Positions 55,801 through 64,000 of a stretch of 64,000 bases of DNA are shown here, one piece after another. Made by a program: the position numbers and the translations under genes. The DNA is taken from assembly GCA_946965045.2 (NCBI GenBank), contig OX337231.1:2852001-2916000 (forward strand), in the 5' to 3' direction. The stretch is from Epithemia pelagica (lineage: Eukaryota > Protista > Bacillariophyta). The notes under the pieces were generated by a model. It had not been told where the DNA came from, did not search any database, and saw nothing but the letters and a program-made list of their open reading frames with translations. Every line of letters begins with the position of its first letter. The first letter of the stretch is position 1.

Positions 55801-57939
55801 ATGCCACTCCAGAAATTGAAGGGTCGAAAGTCTTCGTCTGTAAGGTTCTCGTCGAGCCGTGGCAGTGTCGATTCCACATCCATATCAGGCAACCGGAAAA
55901 CTCTTTCTTCGCCGTCCTTGGTGGTAACTTCTACTTCTCAAACAAGTCGTCGTCGACGACGGATTCCTCGTCCCGATCGATTGGCATGGCCTGGTGAAAC
56001 ACTATCTTCGGAATCCTGTAGTCAACTCACTACCCAATCGACTAGTTCTTCACCGCCCTTGTCTCAAACTGTAGCGGCAAGGTCACCACCGGATTCCTTG
56101 TCTGGAAGAGATGACAACACTCGAGTGAGAAAAGCCAGTCCATCGACAAAACGTCGAAAGACAGCACCGAGCGAAAAACACTCCACGAAAAGATCAGAAC
56201 AAGACGAGGAATATATTCTGAAGGAACAAAATGAACTCTGGATTGACAAATACAGACCAACCAAATCCGCGGACCTTGTTGTGGCTCCCAAGAAAGTGAG
56301 ACAAGTGGTTTCTTGGCTGGAAGAAGGAAACGAGGGAACGGCAGATCAAGGTGGTCGCCGTTTGCTGGTTTTGATTGGTGGCCCAGGTGTAGGAAAATCA
56401 ACTCTGATTCACGTTTTAGGAAAAGAATACGACTTCGAAATTATTGAATGGACCGAATCGTTCTATGAGTTTACGTCCGAACGATCCGATATGGAGTTTC
56501 AAACACCGTTACAACACTGGCAACAATTTTTGCAGCAAAATGCAGTTGGATATTCTTCGCTTGTTATGGAAGAGTCAGAGGAGAAGGAATTTTCATCACA
56601 AATACGGGCCACAAAAACGACTGCAGCGAAGCGTCGTATCCTCAGCAAAACAGCTTCAAGCCCCACATCATCATTGTCCACAAACATGAGAAAAAGAAAG
56701 AAGCGTGTGATATTACTGGATGAACTGCCTTATTGTCATACAACAGAGTCCAAAGCGTCCTTTCGAGAAAGCTTGACACAACATGTCCTGACTTCCATGA
56801 TTCCAACGGTTTGGATCTGGAGTCACAATGTGTTGGAAGGAAAGCAACATAATCCGGGAGATTTGGAGGCTTTGCTGGAACCGAGAGTTTTGTATAACTC
56901 TGAGTTTGTGACAATGATGACAATACACCCAGCCACTGTCGCACGGTTTCAGTCGACTCTGAAACGAATTGCACAAAGTGAGAACATCCGGATACCGCCG
57001 AATTTAGTGGTGGAACTGCATGCGCAAAGTCGAGGTGATATTCGCTCGGCGATTCATGCCTTGCAGTATCAGTATGGTCATGCTGAAGGAGCTGGAGAGT
57101 TGTCGGCACCCATCCAGAACGGCTCTAGGCCTGGGGATTCCCCTGCGGTGAGGGGAGCTGAACGAGACGTTCGATTATCTACCTTTCATTCTCTGGGTAA
57201 AGCCTTGTATGCCAAGCGGAAAAAGCTTACCGAATCAGACGCGACACAGGGAAAGGAATCGCCCACCGAAGCACCATTAGACTTTGATCCAGAAGCTGCA
57301 ATGGAGCATTCCGGTATGGAGTTGGGAGGGTCGCTTCACTTTCTCCAATACCATAGTCTAGATTTCTTCACGGACGTAAGTGAATTGAGCGTGGCTTGGG
57401 ATTTGTACAGTGATGCTGCAATCTTTATGGACTGCGATCGTGCCTTGCCCGGTGCGTCGTCCTTGGCAGGACGTGCAGTGTCCTATGCCAATCGTCACCC
57501 CGCTCCCAACAAGTTTCGACAGTTTTCCAAGCCCAAGTCCTTTGACGTTATTGCCAAACGGAGAGTCAATCAATGGCGTCTTGATCAGTATTATCGGTAT
57601 GCTGACGGTATGCCGCGGACGGCTCGCTCTCTGAGATCTAGACACTCCCGTGAAGCGTTTGCCACTGATCTGTACCCATATGCCAGACGGATATTCATGA
57701 CAGAGCACCAACAGCATCAACATGGATGGAATGATTCTGATGAAGAAGAGGACGACGAGAGTTCGTATGGTCGAATGCCCATGTGGTCCGGCCCTTCGCT
57801 GCAATCATTTGTGACTGGGCACCAAACTGAGGACATGAACGCCGCCAAACAAGAAGATACATTGTTGCAACGAGAACAGGACGAAATTTTAAAAGAAGAT
57901 GACATTGATGAATTCAATGATGACTGGTCCAAAGAATAG
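55801..57939 (+). CDS. RAD17: Checkpoint clamp loader RAD17
   Basis: LWIDKYRP..DLVVAPKKV, GGPGVGKST, VILLDELP, GDIRSAIHALQ, FHSLGKALYAKR. Confidence 0.9.
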   Translation: MPLQKLKGRKSSSVRFSSSRGSVDSTSISGNRKTLSSPSLVVTSTSQTSRRRRRIPRPDRLAWPGETLSSESCSQLTTQSTSSSPPLSQTVAARSPPDSLSGRDDNTRVRKASPSTKRRKTAPSEKHSTKRSEQDEEYILKEQNELWIDKYRPTKSADLVVAPKKVRQVVSWLEEGNEGTADQGGRRLLVLIGGPGVGKSTLIHVLGKEYDFEIIEWTESFYEFTSERSDMEFQTPLQHWQQFLQQNAVGYSSLVMEESEEKEFSSQIRATKTTAAKRRILSKTASSPTSSLSTNMRKRKKRVILLDELPYCHTTESKASFRESLTQHVLTSMIPTVWIWSHNVLEGKQHNPGDLEALLEPRVLYNSEFVTMMTIHPATVARFQSTLKRIAQSENIRIPPNLVVELHAQSRGDIRSAIHALQYQYGHAEGAGELSAPIQNGSRPGDSPAVRGAERDVRLSTFHSLGKALYAKRKKLTESDATQGKESPTEAPLDFDPEAAMEHSGMELGGSLHFLQYHSLDFFTDVSELSVAWDLYSDAAIFMDCDRALPGASSLAGRAVSYANRHPAPNKFRQFSKPKSFDVIAKRRVNQWRLDQYYRYADGMPRTARSLRSRHSREAFATDLYPYARRIFMTEHQQHQHGWNDSDEEEDDESSYGRMPMWSGPSLQSFVTGHQTEDMNAAKQEDTLLQREQDEILKEDDIDEFNDDWSKE

Positions 57940-58030
57940 ATAGTATCGGTCCATCCAGTCAGCACATTCCCCAACGATTTTTCTACCAAGAGCATAGGGC
58001 AAGCCTTTGACTTCTTATTTAAATATATAC

Positions 58031-60604
58031 TTAAGTCGCTTTGATTTCGTTGAGCGCTCCCTTTGTTACACTGGCAATAGCGTTTCCATCGGCCTTTGTG
58101 ATTTGATGGTATCTACCCAATGCCGCATCTGCGATTTCTTTCGCAAGACCGGTTGATATGAACTTATTTTCTGTGTCGATACACAGCAGATTGAATCCGG
58201 GTAGGGCGCCAAGCTTCTTGGCACAGGCAAGAACTTCTTCTTTCAAGTACTTGCGGCTGGGCTTTCCGTCCTTGGAATCTTCGTCGGCCTCGGGATCAAA
58301 TTCTTCTCCCATGGACACACACATGGGAACATTGGCACGTCCATCGGAAATCAGAACAACCACGACCTTTCCAACATCACCGCTCTTTTGGGCATTGATA
58401 CCAGTCAACATTGCCGACTGTATAGCATGGGCAAGGGGAGATCCTCCTCCACAGGGCATTTGTTCTAATCGTTTCCGGGCCATGGTGATTGATTTTGTGG
58501 GTGGAAGTAAAACATCTGCCATTTCTCCCTGGAATGGAATCAATGAAATCTGGTCACGACTCTGGTAAGCTTCCGTCAAAAGACTTACAGCTGCTCCCTT
58601 GGCCGCATTCATTCGGTTCAACGCCATTGATCCGGAGGCATCTACAACGAAAATAATAAGAGATCCAGCCTTTCGGGCCATTTTCTTAATTCTCACATCC
58701 GACTGTTCAATATGCACACCACGATCTTCGTACTTCGTTCCAACTGCGCGTTCTCTTCGTGCCTTCTGGTAGGGGGCAGAAGCTCGAAGCGTGGCATCAA
58801 CTAAGCAAAAATTGTGAGTGAGTCGCCTTGCTCTTTCTTCGTAATATCCCAGGACAGAAACTTACCTGCAAGCCGAACAACCTTTCCCTTGGGCAACATG
58901 GGTTTGATGTATCGTCCACGGTCTTGCGAAAAGATCAAACCTCGCCCTCCACCTTTACCATTTCGTTCCCGTGAGGCAAAGTCAATCAGTTCGGGGTCCA
59001 TTGGTGTAGAATCAACATCAAACATGAACTCTTGTGGTACATCAGGAACATCGGGCGCCTCGTCTTCACGGTCTTCGTCGTCATCCTCTGGCTCATCAAT
59101 CTCCTCATCTTCATCCTGCTCTTGGTCTTCGTCTTGGTCCTGGTTTTGTTCATCCATTTGCGGTGGTGGTGGCGGAGGAGGAGGGGGTGGTGGGATCATT
59201 TCATCGTCATCCATGGGTTGGTTAATGTAAGTTCCTCTTGGTGCAATGGCAAGCTTAACGGCTAATCGCAAATCTTCGCTATTGATCTGTCGTCCTTCAA
59301 TGGCAGCACTGGCACGGGCAACTTCACACGCAAAAATTTCGGCACGATGACCTTGACATCCGGCACGAATGGCTTCTTCACACAAATACTGGATCTGAGA
59401 AGGGGCGATTTTCACTTCCTTAATGTACTCACGCGCAAAGATAATGGCCGTCTTGAGATCATCTTCATTCTCAATGGCCTCTTGAAGGGCTTGATCGGCC
59501 TCCTTGGTTTTCTGCTTTCCGGAGCTAGAAAAGTTGATCACGCTATCGACGGCAGAGACACGTTGACTTACGTCCAGCTTCTCGGCATCGGCCGACAAAG
59601 CAATCGCGATACGGTCGAGGAGATGGTCGCGAAGTTCGCCTTCATCCGGATTAAAGGTGGCAATCAAAAGGGGCCGGCACGGGTAGCGCAAGGAGATACC
59701 CTCTCTTTCTACAGTCACATAACCCTCGTTGACAACGTTGAGCAGAATATTGGCTGTCTCGTCATCAAGCAAGTTGATGTCGTCCACGTAGAGGACGCCA
59801 CGGTGTGCTTTGGCCAAAAGACCAGGGGAGAAAACAGTCTTGCCGGATTTGACACTCTCTTCAAGATCTGCGCTTCCAATGAGACGATCCTCCATGACAT
59901 TCAACGGAACTTGAACAAAGGGGCAAGGAATCACTTCCGTTTCGCGTTCGGCCAGAGGAGTTCCTCCATTATCGAGATCTGTCTTTGTGAAATCATCCAG
60001 ACCAAACTCACCCTCGGGGTCAATGTTGAATTGTGACCCCTTGAGGATTTCAATCGGAGGCAAGAGTTGGTGAAGCGCACGAGCCATGACGGATTTGGCC
60101 GTACCTTTTCCTCCCGAGATGACCACACCTCCCATTCGGTAATTCACGGACGAAAGCAAGAGTGCCTGTTTGATCGAATCCTGACCTACAATCATGGACA
60201 AGGGAAAGGGTCTACCACCCAAATCCAACTTTGAAATGTCCTCGGAATGTGCTTCGGAGGATGAAGTGTCCTCGGCTTCCATCGCCGCCTTGGCCCGTGC
60301 TTCCGCTGTGTCGGCATTCCCATCCGACACGACGCTTCTCAAAATGGGCGATGTGTTACCTGTCGCAAACGATTGCCTCACAGCAGGAGGGAGGAAGGCA
60401 AAGGAATGAACCTACAGTAACCATTCACACAGTATGTACACACGAGAATATCACAATAGGTTTTGTGAGGGCACTCCTGAGCTATCATCACAAGACTGCA
60501 TAGCCGAAAACACGTACGACATTGGATGTTTGATGGCACGATATCAACAGCAGTGCCAAGACTGCTATTGAAGAGTATCGATGGACCCTTCTTGTATCCG
60601 TCAT
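58031..60604 (-). CDS. chlD: Magnesium chelatase subunit D, plastid-targeted, 3 exons
   Basis: Signal exon from 60604 spliced to VHS-FAF; [26 protein letters not shown], poly-Pro/acidic linker, vWA domain [14 protein letters not shown]. Confidence 0.95.
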
Positions 60605-60971
60605 GGTTGATTACCACACGTCGAAACTGCCTCAAGCAGCAAAGGATCCACGTAGAGTATGTAACCTCTTTTCGGTGGTTTCACGCCTCTCCAAAGAGAA
60701 CAAAAGATGGCGAAGAACGAGGTGTGTTGTCTGGTGTTTGGTTGAATTTCTCGTAAGGTACATGCGTGTCGCGACGAGAACGCAACCAACCTCAACTCGG
60801 GCGTCCGCCCGTCGACGGAACATCGTGCCATTTGGGTGTCACGTGGAGCCAAAACCCGGTGACGCGCTTGCGTCGCACAAAACACGGTATCTTGGATGGG
60901 TTGAATTTGCCGGTTTCGTCAACCTGGGTGTCGTTTGGTTGGCTTCTCCGTTGTGGTGTTGCAATACTACC

Positions 60972-61850
60972 ATGGTCATGATCACAGTAACGCCTATTTT
61001 GCTCTGCTTGGCTGCTCTCTGCAGCACTACGAGTGGCTTTGTGTCTCCCTTTCACAGTGCAACTGGATTTGCCCGTCCAACGAAGCTATTCAGTTATTAC
61101 GACGAAGGAGCACCCTCCGACTATGACGAGCAGGATTTGTCACCGGAAAAATCAGTGGCAGTGGACGAAAATGAAGACGATGCCATAATTCGAGATCAGC
61201 TAAAACGAGAGCTACTGCTTCTTTCGAGTGTCAGCAACCGTGGTGAGTTTGCCTCGCCCGAAGACCAAAATGTGCTTACCGATTTGGTGGCACAACTCGA
61301 AGCTCTGAACCCCACACCGGAACCAGCCATGAAATGTGAAGGCGAATGGGATTTGGCACTGTCCAGTACACAATTCTTTCGATCCTCTCCCTTCTTTTTG
61401 ACTCTACGAGCGGCCATGGGCGACAGCAACAAGGCCATGGCCGAAAATGCCTTTGACATTCATGACCGAGCCACCACGGCCGGTCGCATTGGTCGTGTAC
61501 GACAAATCATTACCAGTGATAGTCTTGTCAGTGAAGTCGATTTGGAAGTCGGCTTGTTTCCTGGGCTACCCTTTCGAGTCAAGGGGACGGTGGTGACGTC
61601 GGCCTCCTTTCAGGTGATTTCCTCGGAAACGGCCGAGCTGCGAGTCACAACGACTCAGGTCAAGGGCTCGAACATTCCCATTTTGAATCAGTTTTTGGAT
61701 GATTTCAAACTCGAAATTCCATTTGGTCAAATATTCCAACAAGCTCAGGGAAGCATTCCCAATGTACAAATCAAAACGTTTTATGTGGATGAAGGACTCC
61801 GCATTACTCGAGATATGGACGACAACTTTTTTGTCTACACACGAGCGTGA
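60972..61850 (+). CDS. PAP/fibrillin-domain plastid protein
   Basis: Signal peptide + SG-FVS; [29 protein letters not shown]. Confidence 0.85.
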   Translation: MVMITVTPILLCLAALCSTTSGFVSPFHSATGFARPTKLFSYYDEGAPSDYDEQDLSPEKSVAVDENEDDAIIRDQLKRELLLLSSVSNRGEFASPEDQNVLTDLVAQLEALNPTPEPAMKCEGEWDLALSSTQFFRSSPFFLTLRAAMGDSNKAMAENAFDIHDRATTAGRIGRVRQIITSDSLVSEVDLEVGLFPGLPFRVKGTVVTSASFQVISSETAELRVTTTQVKGSNIPILNQFLDDFKLEIPFGQIFQQAQGSIPNVQIKTFYVDEGLRITRDMDDNFFVYTRA

Positions 61851-62116
61851 GAGAAACGATTGGCTCATGGGAACTCTATTAAATCTTGGCCGCAAAGTGG
61901 CTCTTTTGTGTAGACGTCATCGAGTTGGTGCGTTCAACGTTGGATCATGCGCTTTGATCCGAGACCCACACTCCGCTTTCCAGAGATACTCTTTGGATGG
62001 TGTTGCGCGCTTTTATCGATGGCGTTCACTCGAAACCAAACTCTTGCGCGCACTCTCAATCAATATAATGCAGTGATGATAGGAATATCCATTGTTTGGC
62101 ACAGTATTGTTCTTGT

Positions 62117-62875
62117 CTAGGACAGCTCCACAGTCCCTTTTGGAGTCAAAAGGGTGGCGACTAATTTCGGTTCGGGTCCTTCCTTCACCACCACCAAATC
62201 TTCCAATCCATGTCCGACAAGCTGGTACAAGTCTTGTAGCTTGACTGGTTGTGGGTGGTAGGCCGTCAGTTTCTGCAAGGTGCATCCAGTGGGGGCTGTC
62301 GCGGCCGGTCGAACGGCAAACCACTCGCCCCAGTCGATATAAAAGGGAAGGAGTCCTCCCATGGGCAGTTCCGACCAGGACGACCTGTGTCGATCCACTG
62401 CCACACGCCACGAAATTACCGCATGGTCTTGTTCATTTCGTCGACTCCCTTGTTCGACCGTGGATGGAAACAAGGACCGTGTCGTCTCGTCGTCCAAAGT
62501 ACCAAGTCTCGACACCAATTTGTCAATACCAACCGTTCCAGCATTACAACAAAAGGTGGAGAGACGAGGTTGTCGGCCACCATCCACGCCAATAATCGTC
62601 TGGACCGGAACTGTGGCTTGCGGATCGGGCGCAAAGAGTTCCAGGTACCGACCATCGCCGAGGGCCACAAAGGCATTGTGTGTACCGAGCGCTGTATGCT
62701 TGCCTCCCACGACGGGTCGCACACCTGTCTGCACCTCAAACTCCTCCATAGCCTTGGCCAGGTCTGAAACGACATAGACGAGATGATCCACCACCAGTTT
62801 CGGGGGCGTCGCGGTACTAAACGATAGTGCGTATGGACACACGAGCAAACAGAGAACCAACAGTAGCGATTGCAT
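62117..62875 (-). CDS. VOC/Glyoxalase_3-like protein with a plastid-type presequence
   Basis: VDHLVY..DL...GGKH.ALGTHNAFVALG..YLEL.APDP...LPFYIDW; signal peptide + ALS-FST; no intron evident. Confidence 0.85.
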   Translation of the reverse strand: MQSLLLVLCLLVCPYALSFSTATPPKLVVDHLVYVVSDLAKAMEEFEVQTGVRPVVGGKHTALGTHNAFVALGDGRYLELFAPDPQATVPVQTIIGVDGGRQPRLSTFCCNAGTVGIDKLVSRLGTLDDETTRSLFPSTVEQGSRRNEQDHAVISWRVAVDRHRSSWSELPMGGLLPFYIDWGEWFAVRPAATAPTGCTLQKLTAYHPQPVKLQDLYQLVGHGLEDLVVVKEGPEPKLVATLLTPKGTVELS

Positions 62876-62997
62876 CTTTGGAGCGAAACTCTCGCCTCTT
62901 GCTGCTGAAGGTGATCGTTTGCCTCGTCCTGAATTAGACCAGCGGTTTGTCGACAGTGATGCTTTTGGTCCCTGATTGCTTAATGTGGAACGAAAGT

Positions 62998-63050
62998 TAT
63001 ATATATATATATATATATGATTGTGTGATGGTGTGTGATGGTGTGTGATG
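62998..63050. repeat. (AT)n microsatellite followed by three copies of a tgtgtgatgg-like unit
   Basis: Direct reading of the sequence. Confidence 0.9.
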
Positions 63051-63157
63051 GGGGTATATGAATTGATGGCCAAGATATCCAGTCGAGAGATGAGAAAAAT
63101 GTGAGCATTTTGTTGGGTCTGGTGTTTGTTTTGCACTTACTTTTGGGTCGCGGTTAA

Positions 63158-64000
<843 letters not shown>

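Noticed and set aside
37506-57939. GEN1, SNF2, TPT1 and RAD17 as a genome-maintenance cluster
   Set aside because: They are interspersed with unrelated genes; expected by chance in a gene-dense genome
60603-60971. Long 5' extension of the fibrillin ORF overlapping the chlD start
   Set aside because: A clear signal peptide begins at ATG 60972; the upstream open frame is probably incidental

Overview
This is gene-dense eukaryotic nuclear DNA with short GT-AG introns. It is most likely from a diatom, an inference from the bipartite signal-peptide + 'F' plastid-targeting presequences, a DUF6824-like protein and a CoDi-like copia element. About 27 host genes can be recognised: WRAP53, trypsin, P4H-like, hemB, 4CL-like, MED7, ZNHIT2, DRP5B, TPM protein, GST, GEN1, ATXN10-like, SNF2/BRM, BolA, TPT1, RAD17, chlD, fibrillin, glyoxalase-like, a partial GGPPS and others. 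Three accessory elements stand out. (1) An intact, very young 8.66-kb Ty1/copia LTR retrotransposon (18150-26808) has non-canonical AG...TT termini and a ~800-aa extra region between Gag and protease. That region holds a MIT-like helical segment, PPxY/YPxL motifs and a hydrophobic segment, suggestive of ESCRT/membrane engagement. (2) A 745-bp non-autonomous TIR element (5504-6248) has TIR hairpins that show compensatory base changes. (3) A ~2.8-kb Crinkler-like cassette (REase+kinase gene plus an NTPase-like remnant) is bracketed by a partial duplication of a neighbouring gene's 3' end. All calls come from reading the sequence; no database searches were run.
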